A DNA stretch of 64,000 nt from an uncultured delta proteobacterium. GTDB lineage: Bacteria; Myxococcota_A; UBA9160; UBA4427. Made by a program: the position numbers and the translations under genes. Under the pieces are notes generated by a model, which did no database searches, had not been told where the DNA came from, and worked only from the letters and a program-made list of their open reading frames with translations. Each line of letters begins with the position of its first letter. The first letter of the stretch is position 1. The stretch is from positions 512,001-576,000 of the forward strand of contig CAWGJT010000010.1 of assembly GCA_963822965.1 (NCBI GenBank), in the 5' to 3' direction. Positions 22,284 to 34,469 of this stretch are shown one piece after another.

Positions 22284-24131
22284 TCACGGAGACAGGTCGA
22301 TCTCCGACGAGGCGCGGCCCAGGTGGTCGGCCCACAGGGTGTAGTCGGCGCCGTCCACCACGTCGTCGCAGTTCTGGTCGCCGTCGCTGGGCGTCACGCC
22401 GGTGTCGCCGAAGTTGAACTCCAGCACGAAGATGTCCGATTGGTCGTCGACGACGCCGCTGCCATCCACGTCGCCCGCCCAGAAGTCGCGGCCGGTACAC
22501 TCGCAGGCGTCGCCGGTTCCGTCGCCGTCCGAGTCGAGCTGGTTGCCCGCGCCCGCGTCGGGCCCGTCCTCGGCCAGGGGGCAGACGTCGCAGCGGTCTC
22601 CCACGCCGTCCGCTTCCACGTCGGACTGGCCGGTATTGGACAGCAGCGGGCAGTTGTCGCCCGCGCCCACGGTGATGCCGTCGAAGTCGCTGTCCGCGTC
22701 GTCGGGGCCGAGCCCGAGAGCGTCCGCGCAGTCGAGGCGCGGGAACGAGAGCATCGTCGCCGGATCGGTCACCTGGGCGGGCGATGCGGTGATGAGGCTG
22801 CCGATCTGCGCCGGCGTGCGCATCGGGTCCTGCTCGACGAGCAGGGCGGCGCAGCCCGCCACCGCCGGCGACGAGAACGACGTGCCGTTCGCGAGGCCGA
22901 TCCCGCCGCTGTTGATCGGCCCGATCATCTTGCCCCCCGGCGAGAAGACGTCGGTGTTCGGCGCCGCGTTGGTGTAGCAGGTGACCTGGTCCGGCGCGGT
23001 GGTGGCGTCGCTGCAGCTGAACGTACCGAAGTCGAGCGACTGGCTGCCCACGTCGGCGTCCCAGACGGCGCCTACCGCGATCACGTTGGACAGGCACGCC
23101 GGGGCCGGAAGCTGCGCGGTGTCGCCGGCGTTGCCGGCCGCCGCCACCACCGTCACGCCCCGGGTGACCAGCTCGTCCACCACGTCCCCGAGCATCGAGA
23201 TGGCGCCGCCGGCATTGTCGCAGCTTCCGGTGTAGCGCGTGTCCGTGGCGAGGCTCATGTTGACGACGCGCACCGTCGAGGTGGCCGGCGGCAGCGCCGT
23301 GTAGTTGTCCACCACCCACGAGAGACCCGCCACGATGGTCGACGCGTTGCTGAAGACGAGGTTCGAGTCGAGCACCTTCACGGCCACCACGTCCGCCGCG
23401 GGCGCCAGCCCGATGGACGCGAGGCCGCCCCGGCTCGCGAGCACCGCGGCGACCAGGGTGCCGTGGCCGTTGTCGTCTTCGGCGGAGCCGGGTCCGTCGG
23501 CACCCCCCGGGCAGCAGCCCGGGCTGCACTCGCAGTGCTGGGCGACGACCATCCCCGCCAGGTCCGGGTGGTCGTTGTCCACGCCGGAGTCGAGCACCGC
23601 GGCGGTGACCCCGGTGCCCGAGAAGCCCGCGGTGCTCGCCGTGTAGCCGCCCACCAGGGCCATGGTCTCCGCCAGGGCCCCGTGCCCGCCGCCGTCGAGA
23701 TCGACGGCGCGCACCGCGGGGTTCGCGAGCAGCCGCGAGACGGCGCGCAGGTGGAGCTCGCCCGCGAGGCCGGCGGCATGCTCGAACCGGTGGCGCAGGT
23801 GGAAGTCCGAAACGGGGCAGTCGGCCAGCACCCGGCCCCCCAGCTCGAGGATGCGTTGGCGGCGCTCGCTGCGGGAGACCCGCCCGCGAGCCGGAGCCTC
23901 CAGGGTGATGACGACCGGCGCGACGTCGCTCTCGCGGTACGCGGCCAGCAGCGCGTCCCCCACCCGGCCGCTGGCGCGGAGTGCGTCGAGGAGCCGCTCG
24001 CGGGGGGTCGACGGGAGAGGCTCGCCGCCGGTGGCGGCCGAGCTGCTGCCCGAGACGGCCAGCAGCACCAGCCCCCAGAGAACGAGCGAAACCCTGCGCC
24101 GTCTCGACGCTGCCAATCCGACCTCGTGCAT
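22284..24131 (-). CDS. Secreted S8 (subtilisin-like) serine protease with thrombospondin type-3 repeats and a dockerin-like C-terminus
   Basis: Signal peptide; catalytic VLDSG, NGHGT, NGTSFSSP; DNCP/DGVGDRCD/DSDGDGTGDAC repeats; GDVDGSGVVD...GDQNCDDVVDGADYTLWADH. Confidence 0.85.
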   Translation of the reverse strand: MHEVGLAASRRRRVSLVLWGLVLLAVSGSSSAATGGEPLPSTPRERLLDALRASGRVGDALLAAYRESDVAPVVITLEAPARGRVSRSERRQRILELGGRVLADCPVSDFHLRHRFEHAAGLAGELHLRAVSRLLANPAVRAVDLDGGGHGALAETMALVGGYTASTAGFSGTGVTAAVLDSGVDNDHPDLAGMVVAQHCECSPGCCPGGADGPGSAEDDNGHGTLVAAVLASRGGLASIGLAPAADVVAVKVLDSNLVFSNASTIVAGLSWVVDNYTALPPATSTVRVVNMSLATDTRYTGSCDNAGGAISMLGDVVDELVTRGVTVVAAAGNAGDTAQLPAPACLSNVIAVGAVWDADVGSQSLDFGTFSCSDATTAPDQVTCYTNAAPNTDVFSPGGKMIGPINSGGIGLANGTSFSSPAVAGCAALLVEQDPMRTPAQIGSLITASPAQVTDPATMLSFPRLDCADALGLGPDDADSDFDGITVGAGDNCPLLSNTGQSDVEADGVGDRCDVCPLAEDGPDAGAGNQLDSDGDGTGDACECTGRDFWAGDVDGSGVVDDQSDIFVLEFNFGDTGVTPSDGDQNCDDVVDGADYTLWADHLGRASSEIDLSP

Positions 24132-24192
24132 TCCTGGGGGTGGCGGCAGGGTAACACGCCGGCCGCGGGCCGAAATTGGCGAATGCGGTCGG

Positions 24193-25416
24193 CTACGAGC
24201 GCCCGATCAGGGTGGACAGGTCGGGCGCGTCGGGCACCTGGGCGCGAAGGCGAAGGCCCAGGTCGGCCGCATGGGACGCCGCCAGCTCGTTGTCCAGGAT
24301 GGCGCGCAGCGCGTTCGCGAGGTCCGGGGCGCGCAGGCGGCGGCGCGGCAGCGGCGGCGGGGCCACCCCCAACGCGTGGGCCCGGCCGCCCCAGTAGTAC
24401 TGGTCGACGCCGTGGGGAACCACGATCTGCGGCACCCCGGCGCGGGCCGTGGTGGTCGTGGTTCCGGCGCCGCCGTGATGGACCACCGCGGCCATGCGCG
24501 GGAACAGCCGTCGGTGGTCGACGGGCCCGGTGCGGAACACGTGCTCCGGCAGCGGGCCGTCGCCGAGTCCCGCCCAGCCGGCGGAGATCACCGCCCGACA
24601 GCCCGCCTCCGCCAGCGCCTGCAGGATCAGCCGGGTGGTCTTCTCCGGCGCGGGGTCGGTCATGCTGCCGAACCCGAGGTAGACCGGCGCGGACCCCGCG
24701 GCCAGGAAGGCCTCCAGCTTCTCAGGCAGGGGCGGGCCCGGGGGTCCGTGCAGATAGGGAATCGTGTCGACCTCCACGTTCGTGTCCCGGGGCAGCGGGG
24801 CCAGGATCGCGTCCGCGGACAGCACCGGGCGCGGCGACAGGAGCGAGCGGTAGAGATCCCGGGCCGGCGGCAGGCCCAGGCGACGGCGGTGTCGGTTGAC
24901 CTCGAGGCCGACTAGGCGCGAGACCGCGGGAACCAGCAGGCGCCACAGCATCCGGTTCAGCCAGCGCGGTGTGCTCGCCGTGGGAACCACGAAGGGCGCG
25001 TGCTCGTCGGAGGGCAGCAGCACGGGACAGTAGGTGATGAAGCGGTACGGGATGCCGTGGCGCTCCGCCACCGAGGGCCCCGCGAAGCAGAGCCCCGCCC
25101 CCAGCATCAGATCCACGTCCCGGGTCGCGTCCGGAAGACGCTCGAACTGCCGGGCGAGGGTCGCGTCGAAGTAGCGCTTGCCGGCGAGCGCGAAGCCCAG
25201 GCGTCCGCTCAGGATCCCCGCCGCTTCCCGGTCGAGGAAGTCCCGGACGTCGACGCCCATCGGTCGCAGCTCGAAGCCCCGTTCCCGGCACTCGCTCGCG
25301 GCATCCGGCGGACCGCAGAGCACCAGCGTGTGGCCGGCGTCCCGGAGGTGATCCGCGAGCGCGAGCATGGGATGCACGTCCCCGCGCGTTCCGTCCACCG
25401 CCACTGCGATTCGCAT
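24193..25416 (-). CDS. GT1/GT28-type glycosyltransferase
   Basis: GTRGDVHP, VYLGFGSM, VHHGGAGTT, DQYYWG. Confidence 0.88.
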   Translation of the reverse strand: MRIAVAVDGTRGDVHPMLALADHLRDAGHTLVLCGPPDAASECRERGFELRPMGVDVRDFLDREAAGILSGRLGFALAGKRYFDATLARQFERLPDATRDVDLMLGAGLCFAGPSVAERHGIPYRFITYCPVLLPSDEHAPFVVPTASTPRWLNRMLWRLLVPAVSRLVGLEVNRHRRRLGLPPARDLYRSLLSPRPVLSADAILAPLPRDTNVEVDTIPYLHGPPGPPLPEKLEAFLAAGSAPVYLGFGSMTDPAPEKTTRLILQALAEAGCRAVISAGWAGLGDGPLPEHVFRTGPVDHRRLFPRMAAVVHHGGAGTTTTTARAGVPQIVVPHGVDQYYWGGRAHALGVAPPPLPRRRLRAPDLANALRAILDNELAASHAADLGLRLRAQVPDAPDLSTLIGRS

Positions 25417-25601
25417 GGAGTGGACATCGAGTCGGCGGCGTGCGCGCTTGAGGGCTCTCGCGGCGGCCGAGGGCTCTTACCCCCCGCGGCTGAGTGCTCT
25501 CACCGCGGCGCGACGCTCGGATGCGTCCGGCCTGCCGTGCGCCTGCGCGGGAGCTGCGCGGCCGGGTGCCGTTTCTTCGACCCGGCCGACCCGGTGCTTC
25601 G

Positions 25602-26387
25602 TCAGACGGTGGGAAACGCGAACGGCCAGTTCGTCGCCTCGGTCCCGCCGTCCACCTCGAACACCTTGCCCGTCACCCACGACGAGGCGGACGAGGCGAG
25701 ATAGAGCGCCATCAGGGCGATGTCCTCCACCTCGCCGAGGCGCTTCATGGGCGTCAGGGCCTCCATCTTCGCCATGGTCTCGGCGTCCAGGAAGGGCGTC
25801 AGCGCCGACGTGCGCACGGAGCCCACGGCGATGGCGTTCACGCGCACCCGTGGCGCGAACTCGGCGCCGAGCAGGCGCGTCAACGCGGACAGGGCCGCCT
25901 TGGCGGTGCCATAGGCGGCGAAGCCCGGCTGGGGCAGCCGGCCGGCCGCCGACGAGATGTTGACGACCGCGCCTCCGCCGTTCTCGAGCATCCGGGGCAC
26001 GGCGAAGCGCGTCATCAGGAAGGCGGTCGTGACGTTGAAGTGGAAGGCCTGATCGAACATCGCCTCGCTGGTGCGCAGGGCCTCCTTGGGCGGCGAGCCG
26101 CCGGCGTTGTTGACCAGCACGTCGACCCGGCCGAACTCCTTCTGCGCGCACGCGACCACGTTCTCGAGCTGCTCGCGCTGGCTGACGTCGCAGGGCACGG
26201 CGATCGAGCGTCCGCCCAGGGAGGAGGCCCGCGCGGCCACCGCTTCGATCTGCTCGGGGGTGCGCGCCGCGCAGACGACGTTCGCCCCCATCTCGGCGAG
26301 GGCCAGCGCGCAGCCCTCCCCGATGCCGCGCCCGGCACCGGTCACGATGGCCACCTTTCCCTCCATGCGGAATCGATCCAGGATCAT
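25602..26387 (-). CDS. Short-chain dehydrogenase/reductase (7-alpha-HSDH-like)
   Basis: TGAGRGIG, LVNNAGG, NISS, YGTAK catalytic motif, VDGG. Confidence 0.88.
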   Translation of the reverse strand: MILDRFRMEGKVAIVTGAGRGIGEGCALALAEMGANVVCAARTPEQIEAVAARASSLGGRSIAVPCDVSQREQLENVVACAQKEFGRVDVLVNNAGGSPPKEALRTSEAMFDQAFHFNVTTAFLMTRFAVPRMLENGGGAVVNISSAAGRLPQPGFAAYGTAKAALSALTRLLGAEFAPRVRVNAIAVGSVRTSALTPFLDAETMAKMEALTPMKRLGEVEDIALMALYLASSASSWVTGKVFEVDGGTEATNWPFAFPTV

Positions 26388-26444
26388 CGGTGCTCGCTCC
26401 TTCGGGGTCGCGCCTCGGGAACCGGGCGTCGGGTTCGGGGAGAG

Positions 26445-26939
26445 TCAGAGGCCGTGCTCGCGGCGGACATGCTCGAGGAACGCCCGGCAGCCACGTTCGC
26501 AGATCTCGAACACGCGGTCGAAGCCGTGGGGCCCGCCGTAGTACCCGCCGTAGTAGGGGTCGGGCACGTCCGGCTCGCCGGCGGACCCGGGGTCGAAGCT
26601 GCGCAGCAGGTGGATCCGCGCGGCCGCCTCGGGGTGGGGCGCCAGGGCCTTCAGGGCGGCCAGGTTCTCCCGGTCCATCGCCAGCACGTAGTCGAAGCGG
26701 TCGAAGTCGTCGACCCGGAACTGCCGGGCCACCCCCGCGAGTCGGACGCCCCGCTCGCGGGCCGCCTGGGCGCTGCGCGGGTCGGCGGGCTCGCCCGCGT
26801 GGTACGCGGCGGTTCCCGCGCTGTCGACGGCGACCTGCTGCTCGAGCCCCGCCTCGGTGACGAGCCGCCGCATCACGCCCTCGGCGGTGGGAGACCGGCA
26901 GATGTTACCGAGGCAGACGAAGCAGACCTGGACCGTCAT
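26445..26939 (-). CDS. Low-molecular-weight protein-tyrosine phosphatase
   Basis: FVCLGNICRSP P-loop, DSAGT, LAMD, VPDPYYGG. Confidence 0.92.
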   Translation of the reverse strand: MTVQVCFVCLGNICRSPTAEGVMRRLVTEAGLEQQVAVDSAGTAAYHAGEPADPRSAQAARERGVRLAGVARQFRVDDFDRFDYVLAMDRENLAALKALAPHPEAAARIHLLRSFDPGSAGEPDVPDPYYGGYYGGPHGFDRVFEICERGCRAFLEHVRREHGL

Positions 26940-26981
26940 GGGGTCGGAGGGAATACCGCTCCGGCCGGCATCGGGCAACGG

Positions 26982-28482
26982 TCACGGCTTGTGTCGGGCG
27001 GGCCCCCCGGCGATTCGCCCGGCCATGTTGCGGATCATGCGCACGGCCACCGCGGGATTGCAGGTGACGAGCTGCTCGAGCTCGGCTTCGTTGAAGATGC
27101 ACACCCAGACCGGTCCCTCGGCGCGCAGGGTGAGCTGGCGGGGCGCCCCGGTGAGGGTCGAGATGGCGCCGAGCAGGGCGCCCTCGCGGGTCTCCGTATC
27201 CACCAGGGCCTCGCCCCGCTCCACCCGCACCCGTCCCTTCAGGAGGAGCAGGGTGTGGTGGGCGCGGTCGTTCTCGCCCGAGAGCACCTCGCCGTCCTCG
27301 AAGCGCGCGAAGAAGCGGTCGAAGCCCGGGGAGCGGCAGATCGAGGCCCACAGCGGATCCACGAGGGACTCGATCACGCGGCGGATCTCCACGGGGTCGA
27401 CGTTCGCGCGGTGGGCGTTCACGAGCGTGCGCGAATCGAGCCCGAAGCCCGAGACGATCGCCTTGACCTGGGTCAGGACCTCCGAGGCGCCGCCCGGCCG
27501 CAGGGTGGGATCGATGTAGAGGCAATCCATGATTACCTCTTCCAGGGGCGGCGGGCAGCGCAGGGCGACGTCCGAGAGCCGCTGGAGCCCGAAGACGTTG
27601 CCTGACTCCTTGCGGCGCAGCACGTCCTGGCGCTTGTTGAGATCGATGCCCGTGTAGAGCGACCAGGCCGTGGCGCCCACGCCCCACAGGTCCGTGCGCA
27701 TGTCGAAGGACTGGATCGTGCAGCTGTCCTGCTCGGGCGCGCGGTAGCCGTGGGTGCCGAGGCCGACGGCGATCTGGCCCTGGTAGAGGAGCCCCTTGGA
27801 CATGCGCGACGAGTGCGAGACGCCGAAGTCGGTGAGCACGAAGCCCCCGTTCCCGTCGAGCAGCACGTTCGAGGGCTTGACGTCGAGATGCAGGATCGAG
27901 GCGCGGTGGGCGGCGGACAGCGCCGAGAGCAGGTCGGTGATGAGGCGCCACGTCTGGGTTTCGTCGAAGCGTCCCATGAAGGGCCGGGCGTCCGCCAGGC
28001 TGCCCGCCGGAAAGTACTGCAGGGCCACGAAGGCCTGCTCGCCGTCGATCGTCCAGTCGTAGAGCTTCGGGATGCGGTCGTGCCGGATGGCGAGCAGGGC
28101 GGCCAGCTCGCGCTTCAGGGAGCTGCGCGCCTGGCGGTCGTTGGTGGATCCGATCACCTTGATGGCGACCTGGGGCGGGGGGCCGTCGTCGCCGTTGCGG
28201 CCGTCGAGGGAGTCGGCGAGGAAGACCGAGCCGAATCCCCCCTTCCCGAGGCGGCGCACCAGGCGATAGCGATGCCGGGCCTCGAGCACGTCCCCCGGCT
28301 CGGGTCCGCGTCTCGGGCTCCCGCGCCTTGGCGGCGGGCTTCCGCGGCTCTCCCCCGGTGTCGAGGCTCTCGGTCGAGACCCGCGTGCCCCGGCCGCGCG
28401 GGGTCGCGCCGCCCGTCGCGACCGTCATCGACTCGGTGTCGGTCGGCTGCGTGGGCTCGTTGGGTGAGACTCGCTGGGCCAT
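26982..28482 (-). CDS. Hanks-type Ser/Thr kinase with C-terminal cyclic-nucleotide-binding domain (start uncertain; probable frameshift near 28290)
   Basis: LGKGGFGSV, VAIK, HLDVKPSN, DFG, GTHGYRAPE, DLWGVG; C-terminal FEDGEVL..KGRVRV..GALLGA..PRQLTLRA. Confidence 0.85.
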
Positions 28483-28734
28483 GACCGCGCTCGGGCTCCG
28501 TTCGCTTCCGGGTGCTGCGGGCGCGCCGGTCCCCGACGGCGGCAGACCGCACGGCGGCACCGGGGACAACCCCTCGTTGCTGCTGTGCCTTATCGGCGGA
28601 CGCGGTCTCGGACTGTGGTGGAACGGCACCCCTGAGGTGCCGGGACGGCATCCGCCGGCTGCAGCCGGCCTGGAGGCGTTCCGCCGGGAGCGGACTCGGG
28701 GCCGCGCGCGAGGCGCTGCGTCGACGCCGCGATC

Positions 28735-29073
28735 TCAGCCGATGGGACGGTCGTCCTCGGAGCCGCGCGAAGCGCTCTCCTGCTCCTTGGCCCGGCGCAT
28801 CTCGCGGAATCCCTTGTAGCCGTACCAAGCGGCGGCCAGGGAGAGCAGCGCGAAGCCGCCCCGATTGAAGGCGAGATGCTCGAGCATCTTGGGGTCCTGG
28901 TTGATGAAGCCGTCGTAGAAGAACCACAGCGACAGCCCCACCAGGATCACGGGCAGGAAGAGCGGATGGTCGAACGGGGTCTCGACCGGCTCGTCGTCCT
29001 CGGGCGTCTCGGCCGCGCGCGCTTCCTCGTCGTCGTCCGCGGCTCCCGGCTCCGGACGCTGGTCTTCAGGCAT
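28735..29073 (-). CDS. Hypothetical small membrane protein (2 TM)
   Basis: 112-aa ORF with acidic N-terminus and two hydrophobic segments; extended -10 TGCTACCCT 7 nt upstream of the ATG. Confidence 0.7.
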   Translation of the reverse strand: MPEDQRPEPGAADDDEEARAAETPEDDEPVETPFDHPLFLPVILVGLSLWFFYDGFINQDPKMLEHLAFNRGGFALLSLAAAWYGYKGFREMRRAKEQESASRGSEDDRPIG

Positions 29074-29350
29074 GCGCGGCAGGGTAGCAGCGAGCCCCGC
29101 TGCGGCCTACACAGGCCGCGGCGATCCGGCTCCGAAGAGCAACGGAAGCCGCGGCGGGCTCGGACCGGGTCGCCCGGATGCTCGAGCAGGGGACTGTGTC
29201 CCGGTCTCGATGTCGCGAAGCACCTCCGACGCGATCCCTGCGTGTCGCCGCTCCGGCAGGGTCTCGTCCACCCCTGCGCGGATGGGCTCACGGGGGGGTG
29301 TCCTGGTACCGTGGGACGACACCACGCGTCGCCGCTCCCGGGGGTCCCGA

Positions 29351-29989
29351 ATGCTGACCATCCACCATCTCGGTGTCTCGCAGTCCGATCGCATCGTCTG
29401 GCTGATGGAGGAGCTGGGGCTTCCGTATCGACTCGAGTGGTACGACCGCGGAGAGGACGGCCTCGCTCCGCCGGAGTACCTGGCGCTCCATCCGGCGGCG
29501 ACCGCGCCGGTGGTCCAGGACGGGGATCGGGTGCTCGCCGAGTCGGCGGCGATCGTCGAGCACATCTGCCACCGGCACGCGGGTGGAAGGCTGACGGTGG
29601 GGCCCGCCGAGCCCGATTACGTCGAATACCTCTACTGGATGCACTTCAACAACAACGTCCAGGGGCTGTTCTTCGCCAAGCTGGCCATGGGCGCCCAGAC
29701 CGAGGGAGCCGAAGCCGAACGGATCGCCGGGTTCATCCGGAGGCGTGAAGAGGGATACTACGGCGTCCTCGATCGGCGGCTCGGCGAGTCGCCGTATCTC
29801 GCGGGCCCCGAGCTGACCTGCGCGGACATCATGGTGACGTTCAATCTCACCGAGCTGCCGCTCTTCGGCGGCCGGAGCATCGACGACCTGCCGAACGTGG
29901 TGGCCTACGTGGAGCGGATCGGGCAACGGCCCGCCTACGTGCGGGCCATGGAGATCGCCGGGCCTGGCGCGGTGCGACCGGAGGCCTGA
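29351..29989 (+). CDS. Glutathione S-transferase family protein
   Basis: MLTIHHLGVSQSDRIVWLMEELG, LHP..TAPV, ESAAI, YLAG.ELTCADIM. Confidence 0.9.
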   Translation: MLTIHHLGVSQSDRIVWLMEELGLPYRLEWYDRGEDGLAPPEYLALHPAATAPVVQDGDRVLAESAAIVEHICHRHAGGRLTVGPAEPDYVEYLYWMHFNNNVQGLFFAKLAMGAQTEGAEAERIAGFIRRREEGYYGVLDRRLGESPYLAGPELTCADIMVTFNLTELPLFGGRSIDDLPNVVAYVERIGQRPAYVRAMEIAGPGAVRPEA

Positions 29990-30077
29990 GCCGGGCGTGC
30001 CGGGAAGGCAGGCCGGGATCGACAGCGAGTGCGTGGCACGGGACACTGGGATCCCCACTTCCTGCCAGGAGGACTTC

Positions 30078-31733
<1,656 letters not shown>

Positions 31734-31741
31734 GGACCCCC

Positions 31742-33192
31742 ATGCTTCGCGAGTCCTATCCCTACTACCTGGCGAACCGGCCCGAGGCGCCGAACCGCGA
31801 CCTCGAGGTCGTCGACAAGTATCGGGGCGACGTGGCGACCCGGGTCGCCCTGGCCGACGAAGCGGCGATCGATCGGGCGATCGCCGCGGCGGTCGCGGCC
31901 GCCGAGCCGATGGCGCGCATGCCCGCCTACGAGCGCCAGGCGGTGCTGATGCACTGCGTGCAGCGCTTCGGCGAGCGGGCCGAGGAGCTGGCGCTGGCCC
32001 TGTGCATCGAGGCGGGCAAGCCGATCCGCGATTCGCCGCGGCGAGGTGACGCCGCTTGATCGACACCTTTCGGGTGGCCGCCGAGGAGTCGGTCCGGATC
32101 ACCGGCGAGGTGCTGCCCCTCGACATCTCGCCCCGGGCGCGGGGCTACTCGGGCATGTGGAAGCGGGTGCCGATCGGCCCCTGCTCGTTCATCGCGCCCT
32201 TCAACTTCCCCCTGAACCTGGCCGCCCACAAGGTGGCGCCGGCGCTGGCCGTCGGCTGCCCCTTCGTGCTGAAGCCCGCGAGCCTGACGCCCATCGGCGC
32301 GCTGGTGATCGGCGAGGTGCTGGCGGAGACCGACCTGCCGGAAGGCGCCTTCTCGATCCTGCCCTGCCGGCGCGACGGCGCGCGCCTGTTCACCGAGGAC
32401 GACCGCCTGAAGCTGCTCTCGTTCACGGGCTCGCCGGCGGTGGGCTGGGACCTGAAGCGCCGGGCGGGCCGCAAGCCCGTGGTGCTGGAGCTCGGCGGCA
32501 ACGCGGCGGTCGTGGTGGACGAGGACGCGGATCTCGACGACGCCGTCGACCGCATCGTGTTCGGCGCGTTCTACCAGAGCGGGCAGAGCTGCATCGGCGT
32601 GCAGCGCATCCTGGCGCACGAGGCGATCTACGACGATCTCGCGCGAGAAGCTGGTGGCCCGGACCGCCGCGCTGCGCATGGGCGACCCGCGCGACGAGGA
32701 GACCTTCATCGGGCCGATGATCTCCGCAAGGCGAGGCCGAGCGCCTGCACGGCTGGATCGAGTCGGCGGTGGCGCCGGGGCGCGAAGCTCCTGTGCGGCG
32801 GGCAGCGCGACGGGGCCATGCTGGAGGCGACCCTGCTCGAGGACGTGCCCTCGTCGGAGAAGGTGGTGTGCGAGGAGGCCTTCGGCCCCGTGGCGGTGCT
32901 CTCGCGCTTCCGCGACTTCGACGACGCCCTGGCGCGGGTGAACGACTCGGTCTTCGGCCTGCAGGCGGGGATCTTCACCCGCGACCTGTACAAGATGCAG
33001 CGCGCCTGGGACGTGCTCGAGGTGGGCGGCGTCGTGATCGGGGACGTGCCGTCCTGGCGCGTGGACCACATGCCCTACGGCGGCGTCAAGGAGAGCGGCC
33101 TCGGCCGTGAGGGCATCCGCTTCGCGATGGAGGACATGAGCGAGATCCGGCTGCTCGTGATCCGAACCCCGCCGGACTCGCGTTCCGCGTGA
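31742..33192 (+). CDS. Aldehyde dehydrogenase (ALDH21-like; frameshifted)
   Basis: MLRESYPYYLAN, PFNFPLNL, FTGS, LELGGN, GQSCI, EAFGP, MPYGGVKESGLGREG. Confidence 0.9.
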
Positions 33193-33235
33193 TCCTCCGC
33201 GCGTCGACACCGGGCGCCCGCAGCGAGGCGCCCAC

Positions 33236-33370
33236 CTGAATCCATGACCGGTAGGAGCGCTGAATCCATGCCCGGCAAGAGCGACCGATTCGGGCCCGGC
33301 AAGAGCGACCGATTCGGGCCCGGCCAGAGCGACTACATCATGCCCGGCAAGAGCGACTACATCACGCCCG
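33236..33370 (+). repeat. 24-bp degenerate tandem repeat forming the GreB N-terminus
   Basis: Units encode TGRSAESM / PGKSDRFG / PGKSDRFG / PGQSDYIM / PGKSDYIT. Confidence 0.85.
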
Positions 33371-33825
33371 AGGGATTCCGGAAGCTGCGGGACGAGCTCG
33401 ACGTGCTGTGGCGCGTCGAGCGTCCGAAGGTGACCGAGGCGGTCGCGAAGGCCGCCGCCCTGGGCGACCGCAGCGAGAACGCGGACTACATCTACGGCAA
33501 GAAGCGGCTGCGTGAGATCGACCGGCGCGTGCACTTCCTGCGCAAGCGCCTCGACGAGCTGGTCGTCGTCGACCGCCCCCCCGACCGTCCGGGCAAGGTG
33601 TTCTTCGGGGCCTGGGTAAGCCTGGAGGACGAGGAGGGCGAGGAACGCAGCTACCGCATCGTCGGTCCCGACGAGTTCGATCCCGACACCGGCGCGATCA
33701 GCATGGATTCGCCGCTGGGCCGGGCCCTGCTGGGCCGCTCGGTGGGGGACGAGGTGCAGGTGCGGCGGCCCCGGGGCGCGGCGGTCTTCCGGGTGCTCGC
33801 GATCCGCTACGCGCAGGGCGGTTGA
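33268..33825 (+). CDS. greB: Transcription elongation factor GreB (in-frame starts at 33244, 33268 or 33340)
   Basis: YITPEG..L.DEL..LW..ERP, GDRSENADYIYGKKRLREIDRR, VFFGAWV, YRIVGPDE, ISMDSPLGRAL. Confidence 0.93.
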   Translation: MPGKSDRFGPGKSDRFGPGQSDYIMPGKSDYITPEGFRKLRDELDVLWRVERPKVTEAVAKAAALGDRSENADYIYGKKRLREIDRRVHFLRKRLDELVVVDRPPDRPGKVFFGAWVSLEDEEGEERSYRIVGPDEFDPDTGAISMDSPLGRALLGRSVGDEVQVRRPRGAAVFRVLAIRYAQGG

Positions 33826-34469
33826 CGGCGGTGCGGCGACGCGATCGGCTGCGCGCGCCCGAGGGCCTCTGGATCTTCGGCTACGGCTCCCTCGTCTGGC
33901 GCCCCGCGTTTCCCCACCGGCTGCGGAGGCCCGCCTGGATTCCCGGCTTCCGCCGCCGCTTCTGGCAGGGATCCACCGACCACCGCGGCGTGCCGGGTGC
34001 GCCGGGCCGGGTCGTCACCCTCGAGCGGGACGAGGGCGCCGGCGGCGCGCGCTGCTGGGGCATGGCCTATCACGTCGAGGCCCGGGACGTGGACGGCGTC
34101 CTCGCCGGTCTCGATCACCGGGAGCAGGGCGGCTACGAGCGCTTCGAGGCCCGGCTCCACTTCCAGCCGGCAACCGCCGGAGAGGCGGACGCGTCCGGCT
34201 CGGCGGACGACCCGCCGTGCCGCGCCCTGCTGTACGTGGCGACGCCGGAGAACCCGAACTATCTGGGTCCCGCCCCGCTCGACACCATCGCGAGGCAGGT
34301 GCTCGTCTCCCGCGGGCCGAGCGGCGACAACGTGGAGTACGTGCTGCGGCTCGCGGAGACCCTGCTGGAGATCCGTCCCGGCCTGGGGCCCGACGAGGAG
34401 GACGTGCTGGTCCTGGCCGAGCGGGTGCGCGCCCTGGTCGGACGGGCCGGCCGGGGAATGGGCCCGTGA
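33822..34469 (+). CDS. chaC: ChaC family gamma-glutamylcyclotransferase
   Basis: WIFGYGSLVWRP, RRFWQGSTDHRGVP..PGRVVTL, LDHREQGGY, GPSGDN.EY. Confidence 0.88.
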   Translation: MTAVRRRDRLRAPEGLWIFGYGSLVWRPAFPHRLRRPAWIPGFRRRFWQGSTDHRGVPGAPGRVVTLERDEGAGGARCWGMAYHVEARDVDGVLAGLDHREQGGYERFEARLHFQPATAGEADASGSADDPPCRALLYVATPENPNYLGPAPLDTIARQVLVSRGPSGDNVEYVLRLAETLLEIRPGLGPDEEDVLVLAERVRALVGRAGRGMGP

